64,000 bases of DNA from a virus: the IMG/VR virus record IMGVR_UViG_3300007609_000008, positions 1-64,000 of that record. One strand, written 5' to 3'. The position numbers were made by a program, and so were the translations under genes. Shown here piece by piece: positions 8,926 through 18,875 of the stretch. Every line of letters starts with the position of its first letter. Positions within the stretch are counted from its first letter, which is position 1. The notes beneath the pieces are model-generated. The model was not told where the DNA came from and ran no database searches. It was given only the letters and a program-made list of their open reading frames with translations.

Positions 8926-9951
8926 ATGTCTCTTTATATTGACCTTAAATACATCAACATGATATCTAATCGTTTGCCTATGTTCGCAAGGAAAGACGAT
9001 TACTTGTTTAATTGTCGGTGCATAATTTGTGGCGACTCTGCTGAAAAAAAGAATAAAGCACGAGGTTATTTCTACAAAAAAGAAAACAACATGTTTTACC
9101 GTTGTCACAACTGTGAGTATGGTACTACTGTAGGAAAGTTTATTGAACATCTTGATCCTATTTTGTATAAAGAATACGTGCTTGAAAAATTTGTCAAAAA
9201 AAATGAACAGCCTGAACCTAAAAAAGAAACAGATCTTAGAGACATATTCGACTACACTCCCAAGTTTCATAAACCGTTGAGTATCATTGATGGTCTAATG
9301 GACAGATTGGACACTCTGCCTGATGATCATGAAGCAGTAAAATATGTAAAGCAAAGAATGATACCCGAAGACCAATACAATCGACTTTATTATGTTGATG
9401 ACATTCGTGACCTGTCTCAGTTAAATACGAAATACACAAAAGCACTAAATATAAAGCAGCCGAGAATTGCGATCCCTTTCATCCGTGAAGACGGACAGCT
9501 TTCTGGTTTGACATTACGAGGCATTCGTGGCGAAAATCTTAGATACATTGTGCTCAAGATCAAAGAAGAAGATCCTACAATCTTCGGGCTAGACGTTATA
9601 GATAGAAGTAAAGAAGTGTATATTGTAGAGGGTCCTATTGACAGTCTGTTTCTTGAAAATTCTATCGCAGCAGCAGGATCTTCATTTCAAAAAATAGATA
9701 AAATTGGTCTAACTCATTTTACTGTGATATTTGACAATCAGCCTCGCAACAAAGAAATATGCAGTCTGATACACAAACAGATTAAGGCAGGAAACAAAGT
9801 TTGTCTATGGCCATCTGATATTGAAGAGAAAGATATTAACGAAATGATCATGTCCGGCTTGACAAAAGACGACATTCAGTATATTATAGATAATAATACA
9901 TATGAAGGGCTTGAAGCCGAACTTGAATTTACAGCATGGAGAAAATGTTAA
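8926..9951 (+). CDS. gp61: DNA primase (T4 gp61-like)
   Basis: Zn finger CIICGDS...CHNC, TOPRIM VEGPIDSLF and IFDNQPRN motifs. Confidence 0.95.
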   Translation: MSLYIDLKYINMISNRLPMFARKDDYLFNCRCIICGDSAEKKNKARGYFYKKENNMFYRCHNCEYGTTVGKFIEHLDPILYKEYVLEKFVKKNEQPEPKKETDLRDIFDYTPKFHKPLSIIDGLMDRLDTLPDDHEAVKYVKQRMIPEDQYNRLYYVDDIRDLSQLNTKYTKALNIKQPRIAIPFIREDGQLSGLTLRGIRGENLRYIVLKIKEEDPTIFGLDVIDRSKEVYIVEGPIDSLFLENSIAAAGSSFQKIDKIGLTHFTVIFDNQPRNKEICSLIHKQIKAGNKVCLWPSDIEEKDINEMIMSGLTKDDIQYIIDNNTYEGLEAELEFTAWRKC

Positions 9952-10604
9952 TGAGTGCATCACTAGTAGGTATGACACAACCCTCAGCATCAACAGGGTG
10001 CCATACTGCAAACGAACTAATTGCGTATGCAGCGAGAGTAAGTAACCCGGGTAACCAAAACAACCCCAAAACTGCATCAAAACTGCTCGGATACCTCATA
10101 AAACATGAACATTGGAGCCCATTTGAGATGGTTTCTGTCACAATGGAGATTACGACTACTCGTGACATCTCTAGGCAGATTATTAGACACCGTAGCTTTA
10201 GTTTTCAGGAATTCTCACAAAGATATGCAGAGTCAACGAACTTCGAAACGAGGGAATGTCGTCTTCAAGACGAAAAGAATCGTCAGAACAGCATTGAAAC
10301 AGAAGACCGTGAACTGGCAGAGAGTTGGAACATGGCCCAAAAAACAGTCATCAATGCAGCGAACGATGCCTACCAGTGGGCGCTAGAAAACGGAATAGCA
10401 AAAGAACAAGCAAGAGCAGTACTACCAGAAGGTAATACTGAAACAACACTTTATATGTCAGGCACTCTTAGGTCGTGGGTACATTACTGCAAACTAAGAA
10501 TGGCAAACGGCACACAAAAAGAACATATAGAAATAGCCGATCAATGTTGGGAAGTTATCAAGCATCATTTCCCTGACGTTGCAAAGGCAGTAGAGGAACT
10601 ATAG
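9951..10604 (+). CDS. thyX: Flavin-dependent thymidylate synthase
   Basis: HWSPFE, RHRSFSFQEFSQRY ThyX signature; GGAGA RBS before ATG 9951. Confidence 0.97.
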   Translation: MSASLVGMTQPSASTGCHTANELIAYAARVSNPGNQNNPKTASKLLGYLIKHEHWSPFEMVSVTMEITTTRDISRQIIRHRSFSFQEFSQRYAESTNFETRECRLQDEKNRQNSIETEDRELAESWNMAQKTVINAANDAYQWALENGIAKEQARAVLPEGNTETTLYMSGTLRSWVHYCKLRMANGTQKEHIEIADQCWEVIKHHFPDVAKAVEEL

Positions 10605-12407
10605 ATGGCGAAGAAAGAATACATGGGAATACAGATTGACTACGGACGAGACGCACTGTTTGACAAGCTAGGTCTTGCTCGTTTGAGAGAAAGTTACATG
10701 CGAGAGGACGAAGAATCTCCTCAAGAAAGATTCGCACATGTGAGCAGCAAATTCGCAAGCAATCCAGAACACGCACAGAGATTGTATGATTACAGTAGCA
10801 AGCATTGGCTTTCCTATTCTACTCCTATTCTCTCTTTTGGTCGTTCAAAGAAAGGCATGCCTATCTCATGCTTTCTAAACTATATCAATGACACGGCGGA
10901 GGGTCTCGTTGAAAACCTTTCTGAAACAAATTGGCTTAGTATGCTTGGCGGTGGTGTTGGGATTGGTTTTGGCATCCGTTCCTCTGATGATAAGTCTGTT
11001 GGTGTTATGCCTCATCTCAAGACTTACGATGCATCGTGCCTCGCATATCGCCAAGGCAGGACTAGACGTGGCTCTTATGCTACTTATCTGGACATATCTC
11101 ACCCAGATGTGATGATGTATCTTGAGATGCGAAAGCCGACAGGTGATCCGAATGTTCGTTGTTTGAATCTGCATCACGGCATCAACATCTCTGACCGTTT
11201 CATGGAGCTGATTGAACGCAGCATGACAGATCCAGATTCTGATGACGGCTGGAATCTCATTGATCCGCACTCAGGTGAGATTCGTGAAACTGTATCTGCT
11301 AGAAAACTGTGGCAGAAAGTGCTTGAGCTTCGTATGGAAACAGGCGAGCCTTACATTCACTTTGTTGACACTAGCAACAGAATGATGCCACAATTTCAGA
11401 AGGACTTAGGTCTAAAGATTCATCAGTCTAATCTGTGTTCAGAAATCATTCTGCCTACAAACAAAGATCGAACAGCAGTGTGCTGTTTGTCATCAGTGAA
11501 TCTTGAGCACTACGATTCGTGGAGCAAGAACCCACTGTTCCTGAAAGACATGGCAGAGATGCTTGATAATGTCCTTCAGTTCTTTATTGACAATGCGCCT
11601 GACGAAGTAGCACGAGCTAAGTTCTCTGCAACTCGTGAGAGAAGTATTGGTATTGGTGCATTAGGTTTTCACGCCTACTTGCAAAAGAGCAACCTGCCAT
11701 GGGAAAGCGCAATGGCTAAGGGTGCTAACTTACGAATGTTTAAACACATCAGGAGTAAACTTGATGAAGCGAATATTGAACTCGGTGAGGCTAGAGGTGA
11801 AGCACCTGACGCAAAGGGTACAGGAAGACGGTTTAGTCATGTCATGGCTATTGCTCCTAATGCGTCCTCTTCTATTATCATGGGTAACACTAGCCCATCT
11901 ATTGAGCCGTTTAGGGCGAATGCTTACAGGCAAGATACTCTTTCTGGAGCGTTTCTCAATAAAAATAAGTATCTTGTGGACGTTATTAAAGATAAGATTG
12001 AAACTGGAAAGACGAAACAGGCAGAAGACGAAATCTGGTCATCAATAATTTCCAATGACGGCTCGGTGCAGCATCTCACATTCCTAGACGAGTGGGAGAA
12101 AGATGTATTCAAGACCTCAATGGAGATTGATCAGCGTTGGGTTATTGAACACGCTGCTGACAGACAAGAGTTTATTGATCAGGCACAGTCACTCAATACA
12201 TTCTTCCGTCCTGACTCTAACATCAAGTATCTGCATGCTATTCACTACATGGCATGGAAGCAAGGCTTGAAGACACTTTACTATTGCCGTTCAGAGAAAC
12301 TAGGCAAAGCGGACAAAGTATCTAATCGCATTGAACGTCAAATCATCAAAGAGATTGATATGACAGCACTAGTGAACAATGACGAATGTTTGTCATGTGA
12401 GGGATAA
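10605..12407 (+). CDS. nrdA: Class Ia ribonucleotide reductase alpha subunit (short, no obvious ATP cone)
   Basis: PISCFL, GGGVG, SNLCSEI, APNASSS, KTLYY, C-terminal CLSCEG. Confidence 0.96.
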   Translation: MAKKEYMGIQIDYGRDALFDKLGLARLRESYMREDEESPQERFAHVSSKFASNPEHAQRLYDYSSKHWLSYSTPILSFGRSKKGMPISCFLNYINDTAEGLVENLSETNWLSMLGGGVGIGFGIRSSDDKSVGVMPHLKTYDASCLAYRQGRTRRGSYATYLDISHPDVMMYLEMRKPTGDPNVRCLNLHHGINISDRFMELIERSMTDPDSDDGWNLIDPHSGEIRETVSARKLWQKVLELRMETGEPYIHFVDTSNRMMPQFQKDLGLKIHQSNLCSEIILPTNKDRTAVCCLSSVNLEHYDSWSKNPLFLKDMAEMLDNVLQFFIDNAPDEVARAKFSATRERSIGIGALGFHAYLQKSNLPWESAMAKGANLRMFKHIRSKLDEANIELGEARGEAPDAKGTGRRFSHVMAIAPNASSSIIMGNTSPSIEPFRANAYRQDTLSGAFLNKNKYLVDVIKDKIETGKTKQAEDEIWSSIISNDGSVQHLTFLDEWEKDVFKTSMEIDQRWVIEHAADRQEFIDQAQSLNTFFRPDSNIKYLHAIHYMAWKQGLKTLYYCRSEKLGKADKVSNRIERQIIKEIDMTALVNNDECLSCEG

Positions 12408-13024
12408 TGAACTGGGTAATAGCAACTCCTGGTAGAACTGGATCAAATCTCATAGCCCATCATTTAGTTGATATGGGCTATGAGAAGTGTGAAAGAAATA
12501 CCAAAGAAGATAATTCTAGTATAATAGAGAAGAGCAAGAATCATCCAGTTGTTGTTCATGATCATGGAATGATTTCTCTTAAACCAGATGGAGATTCTTC
12601 TCTGTGTGTGAGTCTACGAAAAGATGTATTTCAGCAGACTTGTAGTGGTTTGATCTCAGTCAAGACAAACGAATTTAATGCTAGACAATATAACACCAGA
12701 CCGCTGTCATTTCACGTGGATCTAGATCAATTTGATTCTATGATAACCCTTCTAATGACTACTGGAATTTTTCAAGCGAGTCAAGTAGGACAAGACAAAT
12801 GGAAAAATAGTTTTATTGTGTTTTATGAAGACTTAATTGAAATGGGTATAATTGAATTTGCTAAAAAATATAATATGCCATACAAAGACTCTTCAGTGTG
12901 GAAAGATAAAAAAAGTCCTAGACGTCCAGAAAATACTATAACGAACTATGAAGAACTTTTAGAATATTATAATGATAAATACACTGCCAAAGTGAGAAAA
13001 TATCTATTGGACGTCACTAAATGA
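12407..13024 (+). CDS. Sulfotransferase-like protein
   Basis: PGRTGSNLI motif, LRKDVFQQTCS, VFYEDL; paralog of 1432..2109. Confidence 0.55.
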   Translation: MNWVIATPGRTGSNLIAHHLVDMGYEKCERNTKEDNSSIIEKSKNHPVVVHDHGMISLKPDGDSSLCVSLRKDVFQQTCSGLISVKTNEFNARQYNTRPLSFHVDLDQFDSMITLLMTTGIFQASQVGQDKWKNSFIVFYEDLIEMGIIEFAKKYNMPYKDSSVWKDKKSPRRPENTITNYEELLEYYNDKYTAKVRKYLLDVTK

Positions 13025-13692
13025 TAGAGAGAATAGTTGAGAGAGTAACAAGTAGATATCCTATTGAAAAATTGCTGCCGTTTTGCGAAGAAGCAAAAAA
13101 TGATGAAAGACCAGCAGCAATAAACATGAGGATTGATAACTGGGAAAATTGTCCCAACTCTTTATTATATTGCATCTATAAAGAAAAAAGATATGATGAC
13201 AGAGCTGGTTATTATATCTATCGTGAGAATGGTAAAATAGTCGCAGGACATGGTTACTATCCTTTTGATGAAGATCCCAACATGTATGTCCAATCCAGAG
13301 TATACAGCATTCCTTCTCATGCCAAAAGATTAGGCAGAGACAGAATGACCACATCAAATCAATTAGGTTCACTTATAGCAGATAAAGCGTTGACAGAAGG
13401 CTATATTGGTGGTATAATAAGTCTTGAAGAATATAATTCAACACTTGCAGACAAAATTGTTAGAATTACTCAACCAAGTAGATATCCTAATTATTATTAT
13501 GATACACAATTAATACATGGTAGGGTATGTAAGCCACGACATTATAAAGATTATGGCCTTAGAACTCAGCCTATGCAGAAATATGGTACCTGCATTATAA
13601 AGGGTACAAGACAGATAGTATTATATCATTTGTTTGATGAATCATATAAAACACAACTTTTCGATAAACTAGATAAGATAAGAGCAGAATAA
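13021..13692 (+). CDS. Hypothetical protein, possibly GNAT-like fold
   Basis: YYIYRENGKIVAG.GYY...RVY beta-strand pattern; weak. Confidence 0.4.
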   Translation: MIERIVERVTSRYPIEKLLPFCEEAKNDERPAAINMRIDNWENCPNSLLYCIYKEKRYDDRAGYYIYRENGKIVAGHGYYPFDEDPNMYVQSRVYSIPSHAKRLGRDRMTTSNQLGSLIADKALTEGYIGGIISLEEYNSTLADKIVRITQPSRYPNYYYDTQLIHGRVCKPRHYKDYGLRTQPMQKYGTCIIKGTRQIVLYHLFDESYKTQLFDKLDKIRAE

Positions 13693-14670
13693 ATGGCGAC
13701 AAAACTAAAACTGACGGACGAAAGAAGTTATTTCAAACCTTTCAACTACGCATGGGCATATGATGCGTGGCTCAAGCACGAACAGAGTCATTGGCTGCAT
13801 ACAGAAGTGCCGATGAATGAAGACGTAAAGGATTGGAAATCAAAGCTCAATGATTCTGAAAAGGCTTTTCTAACTAACATCTTTCGTTTCTTCACACAGG
13901 GAGATATCGATGTGGCGGGTGGTTATATTAATAACTACCTTCCTAACTTCCCTCAACCAGAAGTTCGCATGATGCTTGCTGGCTTTGCTGCACGAGAAGC
14001 ATTACACGTTGCTGCGTATTCACATCTCATTGAAACACTCGGTATGCCTGAGTCTACTTACAATGAGTTCCTAGAATACGAAGCGATGAAAGACAAGCAT
14101 GACTATCTGCAAGAACTTTCAATGGAGACGCAAGATCAAAAGACGATAGCAACAAACATTGCAGCCTTCTCAGCATTCACTGAAGGCATGCAATTGTTCT
14201 CGTCTTTCATCATGCTACTTAACTTCCCACGCCATGGCAAGATGAAAGGCATGGGTCAGATTGTTACTTGGTCAATTGTTGATGAAACAATGCATGCCGA
14301 GTCTATGATCAAACTGTTCCGTGAGTATGTAAACGAAAACATTGAACTGTGGAACGACAGTCTCAAAGGCAAGATTTACACGATTGCAGAGAAGATGGTA
14401 GAGCTTGAAGACAAGTTTATCGATCTAGCTTTTGCAATGGGTGCAATGGAAGGCCTGACATCAGAAGAAGTGAAGAAGTACATTCGCTACATCTGTGACC
14501 GTAGACTGATCAGCCTAGGACTGAAGGGCATCTTCAAAGTGAAGAAGAATCCTCTGCCGTGGGTTGAAGAAATGATCAATGCACCTACACACACGAATTT
14601 TTTCGAGAACCGTGCTACTGATTACGCTAGAGGCGCTCTCACAGGCGATTGGGGTGACGTTTGGGCGTAA
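13693..14670 (+). CDS. nrdB: Class Ia ribonucleotide reductase beta subunit
   Basis: EALHVAAYS, EGMQLFSSF, VDETMH di-iron ligands, NFFENR. Confidence 0.97.
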   Translation: MATKLKLTDERSYFKPFNYAWAYDAWLKHEQSHWLHTEVPMNEDVKDWKSKLNDSEKAFLTNIFRFFTQGDIDVAGGYINNYLPNFPQPEVRMMLAGFAAREALHVAAYSHLIETLGMPESTYNEFLEYEAMKDKHDYLQELSMETQDQKTIATNIAAFSAFTEGMQLFSSFIMLLNFPRHGKMKGMGQIVTWSIVDETMHAESMIKLFREYVNENIELWNDSLKGKIYTIAEKMVELEDKFIDLAFAMGAMEGLTSEEVKKYIRYICDRRLISLGLKGIFKVKKNPLPWVEEMINAPTHTNFFENRATDYARGALTGDWGDVWA

Positions 14671-15098
14671 AATGGTTACAGTACTACGCTAGAATTGCTG
14701 ATGAAACAGCAAAGCTATCCACAGCACTGAAACTGCAAGTAGGATGTGTCATTGTAAAAGACAATCGTATTCTGTCTGTCGGTTACAATGGCACGCCTTC
14801 GGGCTGGGACAATGCGTGTGAAGATGTTATCAAGTGGCCTAACGGTGATGTAAAGTTTCTCACCACTAAGCCAGAGACACTCCACGCAGAAGCCAACGCT
14901 TTGATGAAACTGTGTAAGTCTACTGAATCAAGCGATGGAGCTTCTGTGTTTGTCACGCACTTTCCCTGTATCGAGTGTGCTAAACTTATCTATCAGGCAG
15001 GCATCAAAGAGGTGTACTATATAAATGAGTACAACGCTTCAAAGGGAAGCGGCGACAAGTTTTTAGAACAAGCAGGAATCGAAGTATGTCAAATTTAG
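14661..15098 (+). CDS. cd: dCMP deaminase
   Basis: GYNGTP, LHAEANA, PCIECAK Zn motifs. Confidence 0.93.
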   Translation: MGVKWLQYYARIADETAKLSTALKLQVGCVIVKDNRILSVGYNGTPSGWDNACEDVIKWPNGDVKFLTTKPETLHAEANALMKLCKSTESSDGASVFVTHFPCIECAKLIYQAGIKEVYYINEYNASKGSGDKFLEQAGIEVCQI

Positions 15099-15748
15099 AT
15101 AATGGATGGGAAGGATTAACAACAGAAAGACTTGTTGAGCTTGCTGGAGGAAACAGAGAAGAATCACTGAAATCATTGGAATCCAGAATAGAAAAATTAT
15201 ACGAGCTATCTTATACTTCTACGCTATTTAAAACAGACATCGTAGCTGATTTTGGAAGTGGATTTGGCTTTGGTGCGAAAAGTCTAGCAAAATCTGCCAA
15301 AAAAGTATATTGTTTTGATGTTAGTAAATCTTTTCTTGACAAGTGTACAGAAAATACCGCAGAAATTGATAATATTTCCTGTTTGCATATAAAAAGAAAT
15401 GATATTTCTGAAATGTATGATAAAGGTATCAATAAGATAGTATCAAATTCAGTTTTTTGTCATTTCAATATATCAGAAATTGCATATTACTTAAAAGAAT
15501 TTTATGAATTGTTACCAACAGCAGGTCAAGTTATATTTTCTTTTCGAGACGCTGATATTTTGAATATTAATGATAATTTATTTAAAGAACATCAAAAATT
15601 AACAATGAACAATAGAGAATTTATAAGCAGAAGCATTTCATATGTGTCCAGATCTACTTTGGTTGATGTTTGTGAGCAAATTGGTTATAAAACATATATA
15701 GATGAAGGCGATCAAGAATATAAAACAGTAGTATTAGTAAAGGTATAA
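15086..15748 (+). CDS. Class I SAM-dependent methyltransferase
   Basis: VADFGSGFG motif I, YCFDVS, SNSVFCH. Confidence 0.8.
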   Translation: MSNLDNGWEGLTTERLVELAGGNREESLKSLESRIEKLYELSYTSTLFKTDIVADFGSGFGFGAKSLAKSAKKVYCFDVSKSFLDKCTENTAEIDNISCLHIKRNDISEMYDKGINKIVSNSVFCHFNISEIAYYLKEFYELLPTAGQVIFSFRDADILNINDNLFKEHQKLTMNNREFISRSISYVSRSTLVDVCEQIGYKTYIDEGDQEYKTVVLVKV

Positions 15749-15750
15749 AA

Positions 15751-15936
15751 ATGACAAGTATCATAATCAAAAAAACTATAGAATGCGAGGCTTGCGAAGC
15801 TGAATATAAAGTGAAGCACGATATGTCAGATAGACACTATGTAGTTACCTTTTGTTCTTTTTGTGGTACAGAGTTGGAAATCGAAGCATCATTAGATGAC
15901 TTCATAGACGAAGATGAAATAGAGGAAGACTGGTAA
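15751..15936 (+). CDS. Small Zn-ribbon protein
   Basis: CEAC...CSFC, acidic tail. Confidence 0.7.
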   Translation: MTSIIIKKTIECEACEAEYKVKHDMSDRHYVVTFCSFCGTELEIEASLDDFIDEDEIEEDW

Positions 15937-16133
15937 TGACAAAATGGCATGGGGGCAAGGGGTCAGGACGCCGTAAGGGTGCTGACGATAAAAAGTTCGC
16001 CGACAATTGGGATGCAATTTTTGGTAAGAAGAACGACACCGATCTAAAATTCACGACTGCCGAAGACTTTATAAATAGTGTTTCTGATGATGAGGAAACA
16101 CTTGATGGTAGCGAGAAAGAAAAAGAAACCTAA
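15936..16133 (+). CDS. Conserved small phage protein
   Basis: GGKGSGRR...FADNWDAIFGKK motif. Confidence 0.6.
   Translation: MTKWHGGKGSGRRKGADDKKFADNWDAIFGKKNDTDLKFTTAEDFINSVSDDEETLDGSEKEKET
16070..16077 (+). promoter_or_regulatory. T4-type late promoter TATAAATA
   Basis: Exact motif 28 bp before ATG 16105. Confidence 0.55.
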
Positions 16134-16452
16134 AGAAAAACAGGTTCACCGAGTTTATTGCACATACTTTCCTGACGGCACATATTACATAGGCTACTCA
16201 GGCAAGACGCAAAAACTGTATGAAAAATACTATGGTAGTTCTAGGTATGTCCTTGAATACGAAGGACAGCTTGAGAAAGAAACTATTGCAGAGTTCGACA
16301 AAAAGTCGTGGGCTAAAATGCAAGAGTTTCTCCTACAGTGGCAACAACGACACGATCCCAAGTGTTTAAATTCCATGCTCAATATTCGTCTCAACAAGGA
16401 ACCGTTGGCTGATTTTGAGCCCATAGAGTGGACACCAAAATGTTCTTTATAG
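16105..16452 (+). CDS. GIY-YIG-like small protein
   Basis: RVYCTYFPDGTYYIG...YYGSS...EFLLQ...CLN pattern; GAGGA RBS. Confidence 0.55.
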   Translation: MVARKKKKPKEKQVHRVYCTYFPDGTYYIGYSGKTQKLYEKYYGSSRYVLEYEGQLEKETIAEFDKKSWAKMQEFLLQWQQRHDPKCLNSMLNIRLNKEPLADFEPIEWTPKCSL

Positions 16453-17393
16453 CACTTCTTGCATTCTCAGCACTTGCTGTATCAGCAGTTGCTGGTTATT
16501 TTTCAATCGTGGGATTGACAGCAATATTCCCCGCAGTTTTTGCTCCCATTGTGGCTATGGGAGTTGTCTTAGAGGTAGCTAAACTCGTCACAGCTTCTTG
16601 GCTTTATCGATACTGGAACAAAACAGCACTCGCAATGAAGTCATACTTTACGATTGCTGTCATTATTTTGTCCATTATCACATCGATGGGCATCTTTGGC
16701 TTTCTCAGTAAAGCACACCTTGAACACAGTGTGTCTACCGGCGACAATAGTTTACAGATTGCTAGACTCGACAGGCGCATTGAAACAGAGCAGAGGCGTA
16801 TAGCAGACGCAGAGACAGTACTAGCACAACTTGACACTACAGTGCAAACTCTGATAGACTATGATAGAATCAGAGGAGATGATGGTGCTATTGCGACAAG
16901 AGAACGGCAGTCAGATGAAAGAGATCAACTCAACTCCTCCATTGACAGTGCCATAGCCTCCATTGATGATTTATCCGAAGAGAAACTAGTACTAGAAACA
17001 GAACAGCTTCTCATTGAGGTAGAAGTAGGACCTCTATTATATGTCGCCGAAATGATATATGGCGATACAGACAAAGAAACACTTGACAAGACTGTCAGAT
17101 TTGTTATAATATTATTAATACTTGTGTTTGACCCGTTAGCTATCTTGCTTGTTGTTGCGGCAAACATGAGTTTAAAAGAAAGACGAGGTGAGACTATCAC
17201 TTTTATATCTGAAAAAGATGTAGAACCAGATGGCGAAGACTTCGGTATAGCAACTGAAGACTTTTGTGAAGAACAAGAAGTTTCTCAAGACGACTCTGTA
17301 GAAATCACCGAAGACGATATGCAACATGTACAGCGGCTCGATAGAAGAGTTCGCAAAAAACTTGAATGGCTAATTGATAAGAAAGGAAAGTAA
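16440..17393 (+). CDS. Membrane protein with coiled coil (DUF4407-like)
   Basis: Three N-terminal TM helices, LEVAKLVTASWL, SMGIFGFLSKAH, VFDPLAI. Confidence 0.7.
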   Translation: MFFIALLAFSALAVSAVAGYFSIVGLTAIFPAVFAPIVAMGVVLEVAKLVTASWLYRYWNKTALAMKSYFTIAVIILSIITSMGIFGFLSKAHLEHSVSTGDNSLQIARLDRRIETEQRRIADAETVLAQLDTTVQTLIDYDRIRGDDGAIATRERQSDERDQLNSSIDSAIASIDDLSEEKLVLETEQLLIEVEVGPLLYVAEMIYGDTDKETLDKTVRFVIILLILVFDPLAILLVVAANMSLKERRGETITFISEKDVEPDGEDFGIATEDFCEEQEVSQDDSVEITEDDMQHVQRLDRRVRKKLEWLIDKKGK

Positions 17394-17395
17394 TT

Positions 17396-17683
17396 ATGAA
17401 TTTTCACCCTGAAAGAAATAACGAAGCATGGCAAGGCAAAGTGGTAGACTATCTAACACGCTATGAGTGCCACGTACAATTTGAAAAGACGGACGGAACT
17501 GTTCGTGACATGCAATGTACACTACAAGAATCTATTGTTCCAGAAACTAAAGGTACAAGTAAAAGCAAGCCGGCTGGCGTTCTCACTGTGTTTGACACAG
17601 AAAAGCAAGGTTGGCGCACTGTCAAGTTTGATAAAGTGATTGACTTTAAAGTACAAAATGAGTATGTCCGCTCCTCGAATTAA
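17396..17683 (+). CDS. WYL-like/SH3 beta-barrel protein
   Basis: FEKTDGTVRDM.CTL...VFDTEKQGWRT. Confidence 0.7.
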   Translation: MNFHPERNNEAWQGKVVDYLTRYECHVQFEKTDGTVRDMQCTLQESIVPETKGTSKSKPAGVLTVFDTEKQGWRTVKFDKVIDFKVQNEYVRSSN

Positions 17684-17697
17684 TAGAGAACTATTAG

Positions 17698-18819
17698 ATG
17701 TGGGAGTACGATAGTGTAAGGCAGGTGAACATAGAAATATCTAGTCTGTGCAATTCCATTTGTGCTTGGTGTCCTAGATATGAAAATATGTCACCTGTTC
17801 TTAACAAAGAACTCACTCCTCAATATGTGACTCTTGAACAATTCAAAGAATGGTTTCCCAGAGACTTTGCTAAAAACATTTTGCAATGGACTTACTCTGG
17901 TGATTATGGCGATGCTGGCACTAATCCTGATCTAATTGAAATTTTTCGATACACATTCGAATGTAATCCAAATGCAAGTGTTCAAGTAAATACCAATGGC
18001 GGTATGAAATCTCCCTCGTTTTGGAAAGAATTAGGAGAAGTTTTCTCTGGCTTCCCAGAAAGAAAGGTTATTTTTTCAATAGACGGCTTAGAAGATACCA
18101 ATCACATTTACAGAAGAAATGTTAAATGGGAAAAGGTAATTGCTAATGCCAAAGCCTATTTGAGTACAGGCGCAGTTGCTACATGGGATGCTTTGGTGTT
18201 TAAGTATAATGAACATCAACTGGAAGACATGAAAAATCTTTCAGACTCTATGGGATTCTCTGACATAACATTTAAAACTCCGCAGGGGTTTGAGCGTGGT
18301 CCAATGAAAGTCAGAGACAAGAATCAAATAGTTTTATATGAGATACATCCTACAGACGAGTCACAGATAAAAAATAATTATCCAGTACTCAATGGAAAAT
18401 TAGCATCAGATTTTGACTATGAAAATATAAAGAATCAAGTAGAGAGTAAATATTTTTTTGCTAAAGGAGAAACTAAATGTTTCTCCATGAGAAATGGTCA
18501 AGACTCTACTGAAATTCGTGTGACCTCATGGGGAGATGTTTATCCTTGCTGTCACTTTGGACATCTTTCTTTGTATCAGAGAGAAAACCAACAGATACAA
18601 CGAGCACAGATGTTAGACATATTTAAGGATAAAAAAATATCACTAAAGAAACATAGCCTCCGTGAGATACTAGAATCTGATCCTTTTTCCGATGTTTATG
18701 GCAAATGGGAGAAGAAATCATGCGTCACTTGCTGGTTGAATTGTGGAATATCCGAAAATAAACCCTCTACCATGCAAAAAATCTTCAATAATCCCGAAAA
18801 TCCGTATGGAAGTGCTTGA
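17698..18819 (+). CDS. Radical SAM protein with C-terminal SPASM/Twitch domain
   Basis: CNSICAWC, GDYGD, NTNG, FSIDG; C-terminal KC...GDVYPCCH...CVTCWLNC. Confidence 0.9.
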   Translation: MWEYDSVRQVNIEISSLCNSICAWCPRYENMSPVLNKELTPQYVTLEQFKEWFPRDFAKNILQWTYSGDYGDAGTNPDLIEIFRYTFECNPNASVQVNTNGGMKSPSFWKELGEVFSGFPERKVIFSIDGLEDTNHIYRRNVKWEKVIANAKAYLSTGAVATWDALVFKYNEHQLEDMKNLSDSMGFSDITFKTPQGFERGPMKVRDKNQIVLYEIHPTDESQIKNNYPVLNGKLASDFDYENIKNQVESKYFFAKGETKCFSMRNGQDSTEIRVTSWGDVYPCCHFGHLSLYQRENQQIQRAQMLDIFKDKKISLKKHSLREILESDPFSDVYGKWEKKSCVTCWLNCGISENKPSTMQKIFNNPENPYGSA

Positions 18820-18844
18820 CACAGTGACTCCTTGGTGTTATAAT
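18816..18844 (+). promoter_or_regulatory. Sigma70-type early promoter
   Basis: TTGACA-17 bp-TATAAT. Confidence 0.8.
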
Positions 18845-18875
18845 TACTATTGTAATGTAAATAAGGAGTCCTTTA

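Noticed and set aside
10605-14670. Intron or intein in nrdA/nrdB
   Set aside because: Both ORFs are continuous and normal or short in length; intervening genes are separate ORFs without homing endonuclease motifs
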